In this document: positions 7,049-15,924 of the stretch, in pieces
How the letters are laid out: the number at the start of each line of letters is the position of its first letter
Numbering within the stretch: the stretch's first letter is position 1
Assembly (NCBI GenBank): GCA_038255145.1
Contig: JBBSLP010000006.1
Coordinates: 57,028-121,027, forward strand
DNA length: 64,000 nucleotides
Reading direction: 5' to 3'
DNA from: Acidimicrobiales bacterium
GTDB taxonomy: Bacteria > Actinomycetota > Acidimicrobiia > Acidimicrobiales > CAIXPF01
Translations under genes and position numbers: made by a program
Notes under the pieces: model-generated
Database searches by the model: none
The model's input: the letters and a program-made list of their open reading frames with translations, nothing else
Told to the model about the DNA's origin: nothing

Positions 7049-8347
7049 GTGACCGCCACCGTGCCCCCCACCCCGGGCCGCACCGGTCCGCGACCGCCCT
7101 CGGTCGACGCCCTGGCCCGTTCGCTGGCCGACGTGGGCCTGCCCCACCCGCTGCTGGTCGAGGCGGCCCGGGCCGCCATCGCCGCCGGGGACCCCGACTC
7201 GGCCCGGGCACGGGCCGAGGCCCGGCGCCGCACCCTGCTGCAACCCGTGGTCAACGCCACCGGGGTGCTGCTGCACACCAACCTGGGCCGCGCTCCCCAC
7301 GGCCACCACCAGGCCGCGGGCTACGCCAACCTCGAGCTGCGCCTGGCCGACGGGCGCCGGGGCTCGCGCTCGGACCACGTGGCCTCGCTGTGGGCCACCC
7401 TGTGCGGGGCCGAGGCCGCCCTGGTGGTGAACAACTGCGCCGGGGCGGTGCTGCTGACCCTGGCCGCCCTGGCCGCCGGTCGCTCCGTGGCCGTGTCGCG
7501 GTCCGAGCTGGTCGAGATCGGCGGCGGCTTCCGGGTGCCCGAGGTGCTCGAGCAGTCGGGGGCCCGCCTCGTCGAGGTGGGCACCACCAACCGCACCCGC
7601 CGGGCCGACTACGAGCGGGCCGTGACCGAGCACGACGACCTGGCCGTGCTGCTCAAGGTCCACCAGTCCAACTACCGCATCATCGGCTTCACCGAGTCGG
7701 TCGGGGTGGCCGCCCTGGCCCAGCTCGGCCCCCCGGTCGTGGTCGACATCGGCTCGGGCCTGCTCGACGCGGCGTGCCCGTGGTTGGCCGGGGGGCCGCC
7801 GACGTGGCTGAAGGACGAGCCCGCGGCCCGTCAGACGCTGGGCGAGGGGGCCGACCTCGTCACCTTCTCGGGCGACAAGCTGGCCGGCGGACCCCAGGCC
7901 GGCATCATCGCCGGGCGGGCCGACCTGGTGGCCCGGTGCGCCCGCCACCCCCTGGCCCGGGCTCTGCGCCCCGGTGGCCTGGTGCTGGGCGCCCTGCAGG
8001 ACCTGGCCCTGGCCTACCTGGGCCGCCGGGGCGAAGACATCGGCTTCTGGCGCATGGCGACGACACCGCCCTCCACCCTGGACCGCCGGGCCCGGGCCGT
8101 GGTCGCCGCCGCCGGCCAGGGACGGGTGGCCGCCACCACGTCCGTTCCCGGCGGCGGGACCCTGCCCGGCGTGGAGATCCCCTCGGTGGGCATCACCGTG
8201 GACGGGGACCACACCGCCACTCTGCGGGGCCGGTACCGACCGGTCATCGCCCGCGTCGAGGCCGGAGCCACCTGGCTCGACCTGCGCACCGTCGACCCCA
8301 CCGACGACGCCACCCTCGTCGACGCCCTCGCCGCCCTCCGCGGCTAG
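7049..8347 (+). CDS. selA: L-seryl-tRNA(Sec) selenium transferase
   Basis: LQPVVNATGVLLHTNLGRAP...VNNCAGAVLL...SRSELVEIGGGFRVPEV...VGTTNRT...KVHQSNY...FSGDKLAGGPQAGII (PLP-lysine region) matches SelA along its full length. Confidence 0.92.
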   Translation: MTATVPPTPGRTGPRPPSVDALARSLADVGLPHPLLVEAARAAIAAGDPDSARARAEARRRTLLQPVVNATGVLLHTNLGRAPHGHHQAAGYANLELRLADGRRGSRSDHVASLWATLCGAEAALVVNNCAGAVLLTLAALAAGRSVAVSRSELVEIGGGFRVPEVLEQSGARLVEVGTTNRTRRADYERAVTEHDDLAVLLKVHQSNYRIIGFTESVGVAALAQLGPPVVVDIGSGLLDAACPWLAGGPPTWLKDEPAARQTLGEGADLVTFSGDKLAGGPQAGIIAGRADLVARCARHPLARALRPGGLVLGALQDLALAYLGRRGEDIGFWRMATTPPSTLDRRARAVVAAAGQGRVAATTSVPGGGTLPGVEIPSVGITVDGDHTATLRGRYRPVIARVEAGATWLDLRTVDPTDDATLVDALAALRG

Positions 8348-8352
8348 CCACC

Positions 8353-10074
8353 ATGCACGTCATCGCCACCGCCGGCCACGTCGATCACGGCAAGTCCACC
8401 CTGGTGCGCACCCTCACCGGCACCGATCCCGACCGCTGGCAGGAGGAGAAGGACCGAGGCCTCACCATCGACCTCGGCTTCGCCCACCTCGAGCTGCCGT
8501 CGGGCCGCGAGGTGGGCTTCATCGACGTGCCCGGCCACGTCCGCTTCATCCGCAACATGCTGGCCGGGGTGGGTGCGGTCGACGCCTGCCTGTTCGTGGT
8601 GGCGGCCACGGAGGGCTGGAAGCCCCAGTCCGAGGAGCACCTGCGCATCCTCGAGCTGCTCGGGCTGAGCCATGGCGTCGTGGCCCTGACCAAGGTGGCG
8701 GGCACCGATCCCGACCTGGTCGAACTGGCCCACCTGGAGCTGGTCGACCACCTGGCGGGCACCTTCCTCGAGCGAGCCGAGGTCATCGACGTCGACGCCC
8801 CCGCCACCCTGGGCCTCGACGCCCTGGTGGCCGCCCTGGACCGCCTGACCGCCGTGGTGCCCGTGGCTGCGGACCGTCGACGGCCCCGCCTGTGGGTCGA
8901 CCGGGCCTTCGCGGCCTGGGGATCGGGCACCGTGGTGACGGGCACCCTGGCCGGGGGCGGCCTCGACGTCGACGACGAGCTGGTGCTCCTGCCCCGGCGC
9001 GACGTGGTGCGGGTGCGGGCCCTGCAGTCCCACCACCACCGCCACCCCCACGTGGACCCCGGTCGTCGGGTGGCCGTCAACCTCACGGGCGTGGGCCATG
9101 CCGAGGTGAGCCGGGGCGACGTGTTGGTGCGGGCCGGGCAGTGGGAGCCCACCCGCATGCTCGACGCCTCCCTCACCGTGCTCGACAGCCTGGACCACCC
9201 CGTGTCCCGCCGGGGCGCCTACCTGGCCTACCTGGGCTCGGGCGAGCTGCCGGTCAAGCTGCGGGTGCTGGGCCACGACGCCCTCGGTCCCGGTGACCAG
9301 GGCACCGTGCGCCTCCACCTGCCCTGGGCCGTGCCCCTGCTGCCCGGGGACCGCTTCGTGCTGCGGGAGTCGGGTCGCCAGGAGACCGTGGGCGGCGGTG
9401 AGGTCCTCGACGTGGCCCCGGTGCGCCCCGCAGCCACGGCCCGGCCCGACCGTTCGGTGCTCCGGGTGGTGGCCGAGCGGGGATGGGTCGACGCCGACCT
9501 GCTGGAACGCCTCACCGGCGAGCGCCTGGCCCCGGCGGTCGGCCACTGGGTGGTCGACCCCGTCCGTCTCGACGAGGTCCGCACCGCACTGGGCGAGCGG
9601 GTGGCCGCGGCCGGGCCCCTGGGCCTCGACGTGGCCGTCCTCGACGAACGGGAGCGGGCGGCGTTGGAGCTGGTGGACGGCGTGGTCGTCGACGCCGGCC
9701 GGGCCCGGGCCCAGGCCCAGGCCGACCCCCTGGCCGACCACTCCTTCGTCGCCGCCCTCGACGCCGACCCCTTCGCCCCACCCGACGCCGAGGGCGTCCC
9801 CCGTGACGAGCTGCGCGAGCTGGTGCGCCGGGGGCTGGTGGTGAGCCACGACGGCACCTACTTCTCGGCCGCCGCCGTCGACCTCGCCGCGGTCCGCCTG
9901 GCCGTGCTGCTCGAGGCCCATCCCCAAGGGGTCACCGTGGCCCAGGTCCGTGATGCGCTGGGCAACACCCGCAAGCACGTCCTGCCCCTGGTGGCCCTGC
10001 TCGACAGCCGCGGCGTGACCCGTCGTCGGGGTGATGTCCGCATCGGTGGTCCCCGCCTGCCACCGCCACGCTGA
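8353..10074 (+). CDS. selB: Selenocysteine-specific translation elongation factor
   Basis: ATG 8353 is 6 nt after the selA stop. MHVIATAGHVDHGKSTLVRTLTGTDPDRWQEEKDRGLTIDLGFA...DVPGHVRFIRNMLAG has the G1-G3 GTPase motifs. The long C-terminal winged-helix region is typical of SelB. Confidence 0.92.
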   Translation: MHVIATAGHVDHGKSTLVRTLTGTDPDRWQEEKDRGLTIDLGFAHLELPSGREVGFIDVPGHVRFIRNMLAGVGAVDACLFVVAATEGWKPQSEEHLRILELLGLSHGVVALTKVAGTDPDLVELAHLELVDHLAGTFLERAEVIDVDAPATLGLDALVAALDRLTAVVPVAADRRRPRLWVDRAFAAWGSGTVVTGTLAGGGLDVDDELVLLPRRDVVRVRALQSHHHRHPHVDPGRRVAVNLTGVGHAEVSRGDVLVRAGQWEPTRMLDASLTVLDSLDHPVSRRGAYLAYLGSGELPVKLRVLGHDALGPGDQGTVRLHLPWAVPLLPGDRFVLRESGRQETVGGGEVLDVAPVRPAATARPDRSVLRVVAERGWVDADLLERLTGERLAPAVGHWVVDPVRLDEVRTALGERVAAAGPLGLDVAVLDERERAALELVDGVVVDAGRARAQAQADPLADHSFVAALDADPFAPPDAEGVPRDELRELVRRGLVVSHDGTYFSAAAVDLAAVRLAVLLEAHPQGVTVAQVRDALGNTRKHVLPLVALLDSRGVTRRRGDVRIGGPRLPPPR

Positions 10075-10145
10075 CCCCGACCGGGTGGCGGTAGGGCGAA
10101 GGGCGCGGTGGGACGGAGGGACCGTGACAGGCATGCTGTGGGGGC

Positions 10146-10622
10146 ATGTCCGCCTTCGTCGAGGTGCCAAACTCCCCTGGCCTCGGACCGGCCGATGCCT
10201 CCCCGGCCGTCGAGCCCGTACCGCTGCCTGCCAGCCGCTCCGGCGTGCGCACCACCACCATCGCCGCCGCCACCTTCCTGGCCGTCGTCCTGGCTGCGGC
10301 CCTGGCCTTCGGCGCCGTGGCCCTGCAGACGGCCCAACGCGAGCACGACACCGCCGGGCGTTGGCGGGTCCGCAGCGCCGAGCAGGATGCCGCCCTGCGC
10401 GACGCAGCCGACCGGGAGGCCGCCGCCCTCGACCAGGCCGCGGCCAACGCTGCGGCCCGGGACCAGCTGCGGGGCCAGCTCGACGCGGCCACGGCCGAGA
10501 TCGACCAGCTCACGGCGGCCCTGGCCACGACCCGTGCCGCCCTCGCCGACACCGAGGACCGCCTGGCCACCGCAGCCGGAGGCTCGGCCCAGGCCCGCGA
10601 CCGGGCTGCGTTGGGCGGATGA
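10146..10622 (+). CDS. Membrane-anchored Ala/Asp/Arg-rich coiled-coil protein, hypothetical
   Basis: One TM segment (TTIAAATFLAVVLAAALAFGAVAL), then heptad-like AALRDAADREAAALDQAAANAAARDQLRGQLDAATAEIDQL. High GC3. The stop overlaps the next start (ATGA). Confidence 0.6.
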   Translation: MSAFVEVPNSPGLGPADASPAVEPVPLPASRSGVRTTTIAAATFLAVVLAAALAFGAVALQTAQREHDTAGRWRVRSAEQDAALRDAADREAAALDQAAANAAARDQLRGQLDAATAEIDQLTAALATTRAALADTEDRLATAAGGSAQARDRAALGG

Positions 10623-11386
10623 CGGTGCGTCGCGCCGTGGCCGTGGCCTGCCTGGGCGTAGGCCTGGCCGTGGGCGGGACGGCAGGCAGCATCGGGGCCT
10701 CGCGCTCTCCGGTCGTGGCCCTGGCCACCGCGGCACCGCGGGCCTGGCCCATCCCCAGCGACCTGCCCACCACCGCCGGGGTCTCCCCACCCGGCTCCAC
10801 CTCCACCACCCTGGACATCCCCGGTCCAACCGAGGGTTCCCTGGGGGTGCTGTTCGGCGGCGTGCTGCGCATCCGGGCCCTCGACGCCGGTGGTCTGTCC
10901 ATCGGCACCGGGTTCGCGGTGGGCGACGGCACCTGGGTGTTGACCAACCACCACGTCGTCGAAGGCTCCACCCGCCTCGAGCTCGAGACGTGGGACGGTC
11001 GCGACGCGGGACCGGCCCAGCTCGTCGCCGTCGCGCCCGAGGGCATCGACCTCGCCCTCATCCACCTCGACACCGCGGCCGCCCCCGCCTTCCACGTGCG
11101 CACCCACGACCCCGCGCTGGGCGAGGAGCTGGTGACGGCGGGCTATCCCGAAGGACGACGGCTGATCCGCACCGAGGGACGGTCGTTGGGCATGGCCCGC
11201 AGCGGCGGATCCAAGGTACTCGTCACCGACCTGACCTGTGAACCCGGCTGCTCGGGCAGCCCGGTGCTCGACCCCCTGGGCCGGGTGGTGGGCGTCATCG
11301 TCGGAGGGACGTCGGCCGGCCAGACGTTGGCCATCCCCATGACCTACGCCTCGGACCTCCTCCGTACTCAGGGTGTGGGTGCCTGA
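10619..11386 (+). CDS. Secreted trypsin-like (S1/HtrA-like, no PDZ) serine protease
   Basis: Signal-like N-terminus. GTGFAVGDGTWVLTNHHVV (His), IDLALIHL (Asp) and CEPGCSGSPVLD (GxSGxP Ser). Confidence 0.85.
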   Translation: MTVRRAVAVACLGVGLAVGGTAGSIGASRSPVVALATAAPRAWPIPSDLPTTAGVSPPGSTSTTLDIPGPTEGSLGVLFGGVLRIRALDAGGLSIGTGFAVGDGTWVLTNHHVVEGSTRLELETWDGRDAGPAQLVAVAPEGIDLALIHLDTAAAPAFHVRTHDPALGEELVTAGYPEGRRLIRTEGRSLGMARSGGSKVLVTDLTCEPGCSGSPVLDPLGRVVGVIVGGTSAGQTLAIPMTYASDLLRTQGVGA

Positions 11387-11476
11387 GCCGACCCCCTCGA
11401 CCGCTCAGGCACCCTGAACCCCTACCCTCCCCCCCTGCTCGACCTGCCTCACGTCGCTCTACCTGCGGCGCTCGGT

Positions 11477-11743
11477 TCAGCTCGCTTCGCGCTCGGCGAG
11501 CAGGGATCTCCGTTCCGTCTCCGTCAGCGCGCCCCAGATCCCATGGGGCTCCCTGATGTCGAGTGCGTACTCCAGGCACTCGTCCTTCACCGGGCACATC
11601 TCGCAGATCGCCTTGGCCGCCGCCTCACGCGCGAGACGCTCGTGTTTGCGCTCGAAGCGCGGTGGCGGGAAGAAGACTGACGCGTGAGGTCCCCGACAGG
11701 CGGCTCGGAGTTGCCAATCTTCCTCAAGCCTCTGTGCACTCAC
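11477..11743 (-). CDS. whiB: WhiB-family Fe-S redox-sensing transcription factor
   Basis: Four Cys (AACRG...CEMCPVKDEC), the GIWGA turn and a basic tail. 88 aa. Confidence 0.92.
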   Translation of the reverse strand: MSAQRLEEDWQLRAACRGPHASVFFPPPRFERKHERLAREAAAKAICEMCPVKDECLEYALDIREPHGIWGALTETERRSLLAEREAS

Positions 11744-11814
11744 GTGATCCCCCTTTCACGCGGACAGTACCCCCGGCCACGAGGGCCGACAAGACTACTA
11801 TCGCGAGTGGATTG

Positions 11815-13176
11815 CTAACTGTCGCGAACGGTCGGATCCTCCTTGCGACCGCGTTCCCGGTAGTCCTTGGCCCCACCCTCCTCGGGCTCGACCTCCAGCA
11901 CCACCCCATCGATGCCTATGACCCTGATGCGATCCCCCACCGCTATCGGTGTAGCCCGGTTGGTGCGCGCCGGCCAACGCGCCGAGCGCACCGAGACCGT
12001 CCCCCCCGGGCTCACCGCGGTGAGGGCCATCCCCATCTCCCCGATCATCCAATCGCGCCCGATGGTCGGTGTCGAGAAGCGGGTGCGCACCATCGAGGGC
12101 ATGCCCGACAGGAAGGTCAGCGCCGCGCCGCCCAGGCCCACGAGCATGGTGATCCACGACAGGCCGACGCCATCGTAGAGGAACAGCGTGCCCACGAGGA
12201 ACAGGGCGAAGCCCACCGCGGTCCAGAACCGGGGCACCCCCGTCTGCACGTCGACGGCGAAGGCCACGAAGGACAGGATCAGCGCGGCCAGGGCCCACAC
12301 GTGGATGGGCAGGGCGGCGATGCCGTAGCTGCCCAGGGCCAGGCAGCCGGCCCCGACCACACCGGCGACACCGACACCGGCGGTGTAGAGCTCGAAGACC
12401 AGCAGGCCCAGACCGATGGCCAGCAGCAGGTAGGCCACCGACGGGCTGGCCACGGTGTGCATGAGCTGGCCGATGAGGGGCAGCTGGGTGAAGCGCACCT
12501 CGGCTTCGGGCTCGCGGCGGATCTGGTCTCCCTGGGTGACCTCGTGGGTGGGTACCCCTTCGAGGTCGACCACGAAGTCGCCCAGGGTGGGGGCCAGCAC
12601 CAGGCCCAGGTCCCTGATGGCGGGGGCGTCGCCGTCGCCACCGCGGACGAAGGCGCTCTCCATGCGCACGGCCTGATCGCCCCACAGACGTCCGAACTCG
12701 TCACTGGGCAGGATCTGGGGGCCGGACTTGCCCACCCGTGCCCCCTGGGCCAGGCCGCCCGGCGTGGCCACGGCCACGAGCTGGGCGGCGGCGCCCCGGG
12801 CCTGGGCCCCGCTGGGCCCGACCCACACGGCGATGGGGACGGTGGAGTCGCGCATGCGCCGGGCCAGGGAGATGATCCGCTGGTCCGACACCACGGCGCC
12901 CGGGCTGTTGAGCTGGAGGACGACGGCCGTGTAGCCCGCGGCCCCGGCCTCGTCGATCTGATCCTCGATGTAGGACACCAGGACCTCGTCGAGCAGGCCC
13001 GCGGCCTCCACGACGACCACGGTGGCGGGGGCGTCGGTGGCACCCTGGGCGGTGCTGTCGGTCGGGCCGGCGGCCGAGGCCGAGGCCGTGCCGGCCAGCA
13101 GGCCGAGGAGCACGGTCAGGATCGCGGCGCCAGCCACGAGCACCGGTAGTCTGCGCGGGCGGGGCGGAAGGCTCAT
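11815..13176 (-). CDS. NfeD-family membrane-bound ClpP-class serine protease
   Basis: ATG 13176 (MSLPPRPRRLPVLVAG...). A periplasmic ClpP-like domain (VVLQLNSPGAVV), multiple TM helices and a C-terminal NfeD OB-fold (VSVRSARWPARTNRATPIAVGDRIRVIGIDGVVLEV). Confidence 0.85.
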   Translation of the reverse strand: MSLPPRPRRLPVLVAGAAILTVLLGLLAGTASASAAGPTDSTAQGATDAPATVVVVEAAGLLDEVLVSYIEDQIDEAGAAGYTAVVLQLNSPGAVVSDQRIISLARRMRDSTVPIAVWVGPSGAQARGAAAQLVAVATPGGLAQGARVGKSGPQILPSDEFGRLWGDQAVRMESAFVRGGDGDAPAIRDLGLVLAPTLGDFVVDLEGVPTHEVTQGDQIRREPEAEVRFTQLPLIGQLMHTVASPSVAYLLLAIGLGLLVFELYTAGVGVAGVVGAGCLALGSYGIAALPIHVWALAALILSFVAFAVDVQTGVPRFWTAVGFALFLVGTLFLYDGVGLSWITMLVGLGGAALTFLSGMPSMVRTRFSTPTIGRDWMIGEMGMALTAVSPGGTVSVRSARWPARTNRATPIAVGDRIRVIGIDGVVLEVEPEEGGAKDYRERGRKEDPTVRDS

Positions 13177-14143
13177 GTTGCCCACCAGTGTCGCCCCCGC
13201 CAGCCCCCTGGACCAAGACGTCGTGGAACCCGCCGCCTTCCTCGCCGCTTCGCGCGTCCACGTCATCGCCGGCAAGGGCGGCGTCGGCAAGACGACGTTG
13301 ACCGCCGCCCTGGCCGTCGCCGCCGCCGACTGTGGCCTGTCGGTGCTGGTGGTGGACGTGGAAGGGCGGGCCGAGCTCCCGGCGCTGTTCGGCACCGGAC
13401 CCTTGGGCTTCGAGGAACGCCGACTGGCCCCGGGGGTGTGGGGACGGTCCATCTCGGCCGACGAGGCCCTGGTCGAGCACCTCGGCACCCACGGCCTCGG
13501 GCGCCTGGCCCGCACCATGTCGAGCACCGGGGTCGTGGACGTGGTGGCCCGGTCCACCCCGGGCATGCGCGACATCCTCGTCCTCGGCAAGATCAAGCAG
13601 CTCGAGCGGACGGGGGCGGCCGACGTGATCCTCGTCGATGCCCCCGCCTCGGGCCATGCCATCAGCTTCCTGCGCTCACCCCGCGGCCTCATGGACGCCG
13701 TGCGCCTCGGCCCCATCCGGGCCCAGGCCGACGAGGTGCTCGAGATGCTGACCGACGGGGACCGCTGCCAGGTGCTGCTCGTGGCCCTGCCCGAGGAGAC
13801 ACCGATCAACGAGCTCATCGAGACGGCGTTCAGCCTGGAGGAGGACGTGGGGGTCAAACTGGGCCCGGTGCTGGTCAACGGCATCTACCCCGGCCTCGAC
13901 CTGCCCTCCGAGGATGAGGCCGCGGTGGCGGTGGCCGGCCTGCCCGACGCCGACGCCCTGCTGGGCGCGGCCCGCTTCCGCCGGCGCCGAACCGCTCTGC
14001 AGGTGGCCCAGCTCGACCGCCTGGACCGCTCCCTGCCCCTGCCCCAGCTGCGCACCTCGTTCCGTTTCGTGCCCACCCTGGGCGCGGCCGACGTCCGGGC
14101 CCTGGCCGACGAGCTGCTCGCCGCCATCGGCACCCTGCCGTGA
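13175..14143 (+). CDS. ArsA/GET3-family ATPase, first of a pair
   Basis: P-loop VIAGKGGVGKTTLTAALA and DAPASGHAISFL. The start is uncertain: ATG 13175 shares CATG with the divergent nfeD start, and the in-frame GTG 13223 is an alternative. Confidence 0.85.
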   Translation: MLPTSVAPASPLDQDVVEPAAFLAASRVHVIAGKGGVGKTTLTAALAVAAADCGLSVLVVDVEGRAELPALFGTGPLGFEERRLAPGVWGRSISADEALVEHLGTHGLGRLARTMSSTGVVDVVARSTPGMRDILVLGKIKQLERTGAADVILVDAPASGHAISFLRSPRGLMDAVRLGPIRAQADEVLEMLTDGDRCQVLLVALPEETPINELIETAFSLEEDVGVKLGPVLVNGIYPGLDLPSEDEAAVAVAGLPDADALLGAARFRRRRTALQVAQLDRLDRSLPLPQLRTSFRFVPTLGAADVRALADELLAAIGTLP

Positions 14144-15354
14144 GCGACACCGCCCGCCTCGGCGCCCTGGTGGACCAGGCCCAGGTGCTGGTGTGCGTGG
14201 GCACCGGCGGGGTGGGCAAGACGACGACCGCGGCCGCCCTGGCCCTCGAGGGGGCCCGGCGGGGCCGGCGCACCGTCGTCGTCACCATCGACCCCGCCCG
14301 CCGCCTGGCCGACGCCCTGGACCTGGGCTCGCTGTCCAACGAACCGGCCCCGGTCGACCTCGGTCCCTTCGGGGGCGCCACGGGCGGGGCCACGCCGGCC
14401 ACCCTGCACGCGCTCATGTTGGACACGGCCACCACGTTCGACGACCTCGTCATCCGCCACGCCGGCCACCCCGAGCAGGCCCAGCGCATCCTCGCCAACC
14501 GCTTCTACCGCAACATCTCGCGGTCGCTGTCGGGCACCCGGGAGTACATGGCCGGCGAGAAGCTCCACGAGCTGCACGAGTCGGGGCGCTTCGACCTGAT
14601 CGTGGTGGACACCCCGCCGAGCCGCAACGCCCTCGACTTCCTCGATGCCCCCCACCAGCTCGTCCGCCTGCTCGACCACCGGGTGTTCCGGGCCCTGACC
14701 ACCCCGGCCCGGGGCATGGGACGGGTGGTGAACCGGGCGGCGCACACCGTGGCCCGCACCGGGGCCCGGGCCGTGGGCGGCGAGGTCGTCGACGACGTGG
14801 TGGCCTTCTTCGCCGCCTTCGAGGGCATGGAGGCCGGCTTCCGGGACCGCTCCGAGCGCGTCGGGGCCCTGTTGGCCTCGCCGGCCACGTCGTTCGTGCT
14901 CGTGGCCTCCCCTCGGCCCGACACCGTGGTCGAGGCGGCCTACTTCAGTCGCCGCCTGGCCGAACGGGCCCTGGGGGTGGGCGCCCTGGTCGTCAACCGG
15001 GTCCACCCCGACTTCGGCTCGCCCGCCGACACCCCCGCCTACGCCCCCGCCGGCGGACGAGGTCCAGTCGGCGAACGAGGCCCAGTCGGCGGTGGAGGCC
15101 CAGTCGGTGGAGGCCCAGGCGCCGGGGAAGGCCAGCGCGCCGCGCTGGCCGCGCTACGGCGGAACCTGGCCGACTTCGTGGCCGTGGCCGCCTGCGAGCG
15201 CGAGGCGCTGGCCGCGCTGGGGGACGAGGTGGCACCGGCACCCGTGGTGCAGGTCCCCCTGCTCGACGAGGACGTCCACGACCTGGCCGGCCTGAGCCGG
15301 CTCGGGCCCTACCTGGTGGGTGGGGACCGGGGTCGGTCGCCGCTACTCGGGTGA
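14140..15354 (+). CDS. ArsA/GET3-family ATPase, second of a pair
   Basis: GTG 14140 overlaps the upstream stop (GTGA). VCVGTGGVGKTTTAAALA, TIDPARRLADAL and VVDTPPSRNALDFL. Confidence 0.85.
   Translation: MSDTARLGALVDQAQVLVCVGTGGVGKTTTAAALALEGARRGRRTVVVTIDPARRLADALDLGSLSNEPAPVDLGPFGGATGGATPATLHALMLDTATTFDDLVIRHAGHPEQAQRILANRFYRNISRSLSGTREYMAGEKLHELHESGRFDLIVVDTPPSRNALDFLDAPHQLVRLLDHRVFRALTTPARGMGRVVNRAAHTVARTGARAVGGEVVDDVVAFFAAFEGMEAGFRDRSERVGALLASPATSFVLVASPRPDTVVEAAYFSRRLAERALGVGALVVNRVHPDFGSPADTPAYAPAGGRGPVGERGPVGGGGPVGGGPGAGEGQRAALAALRRNLADFVAVAACEREALAALGDEVAPAPVVQVPLLDEDVHDLAGLSRLGPYLVGGDRGRSPLLG
15058..15120 (+). repeat. In-frame 18-nt tandem repeat (about 3.5 units) inside the second ArsA-like gene
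   Basis: Units: cgaggtccagtcggcgaa / cgaggcccagtcggcggt / ggaggcccagtcggtgga / ggcccaggc. They encode RGPVGE-RGPVGG-GGPVGG-GPG. Confidence 0.7.
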
Positions 15355-15696
15355 GGAGCCGGCGGCCTGCACGGCGTGCACGGCGTCGTCGAGCGTCTCG
15401 GTGACGGGCACGATGCGGTCGAAGCCCGTGGTGTGCAGCAGACGGGTCAGGGTGGGGCGGCTGCAGGCCACGGCCACCTCGCCGTCGTTCTCGCGGGCTC
15501 GGCGGATGCCCCCGATGAGGGCACCGAGGCCGGCCGAGTCCATGAAGGGCACGGCCGACAGGTCGATCACCAGCCGGGGTACGCCGGCGAACGACGCCAA
15601 GGCCTCCCGGAACTGGGTGACCGTGTAGGCGTCGAGCTCCCCGACGGGTCGGCAGACGGTGTAGTCATCGTTCTGCTCGACCTGGATCTCGAGCAT
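15343..15696 (-). CDS. STAS-domain anti-sigma-factor antagonist (SpoIIAA/RsbV-like)
   Basis: ATG 15696 follows GGAGG. MLEIQVEQNDDYTVCRPVGELDAYTVTQFREAL...IDLSAVPFMDSAGLGALIGG contains the conserved phospho-Ser DSAGLG motif. Confidence 0.85.
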   Translation of the reverse strand: MLEIQVEQNDDYTVCRPVGELDAYTVTQFREALASFAGVPRLVIDLSAVPFMDSAGLGALIGGIRRARENDGEVAVACSRPTLTRLLHTTGFDRIVPVTETLDDAVHAVQAAGSSPE

Positions 15697-15924
15697 CTGG
15701 CCCTCCGCGTCGTCGTCCGCCGCACCGACGGAACGGCCGGTCGGCGAGTCATCTGGCAGAACCCGCTCACCGCGCACGGGCCGAGATGCTAGCGGGCTCG
15801 CCCACCACCACGGCGCCCCGGGGGGACGGTGGGCGGGTGACGGGCAGCCGAGCGTGGTCGGCGCGCGGTCCCCGCGGACGTCCCGCATGGTGGCCTGTGG
15901 CAGCCGCCGGGTAACCTGCCCACC

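Noticed and set aside
6509-8212. Very long ORFs antisense to, or out of frame with, recognised genes (e.g. 6509-8212, 31637-34159, 34890-37040, 5179-6435, 1318-2928)
   Set aside because: Their translations are Arg/Gly/Pro/His-rich and low-complexity, with no motifs. They exactly shadow well-supported genes. Stop-codon depletion in very GC-rich DNA produces such ORFs in all frames.
15058-15120. Short tandem repeats (here, 51215-51256, 3966-4023) as CRISPR-like arrays
   Set aside because: The units are contiguous with no unique spacers, are 14-20 nt long, and are mostly in-frame coding. No cas genes are present.
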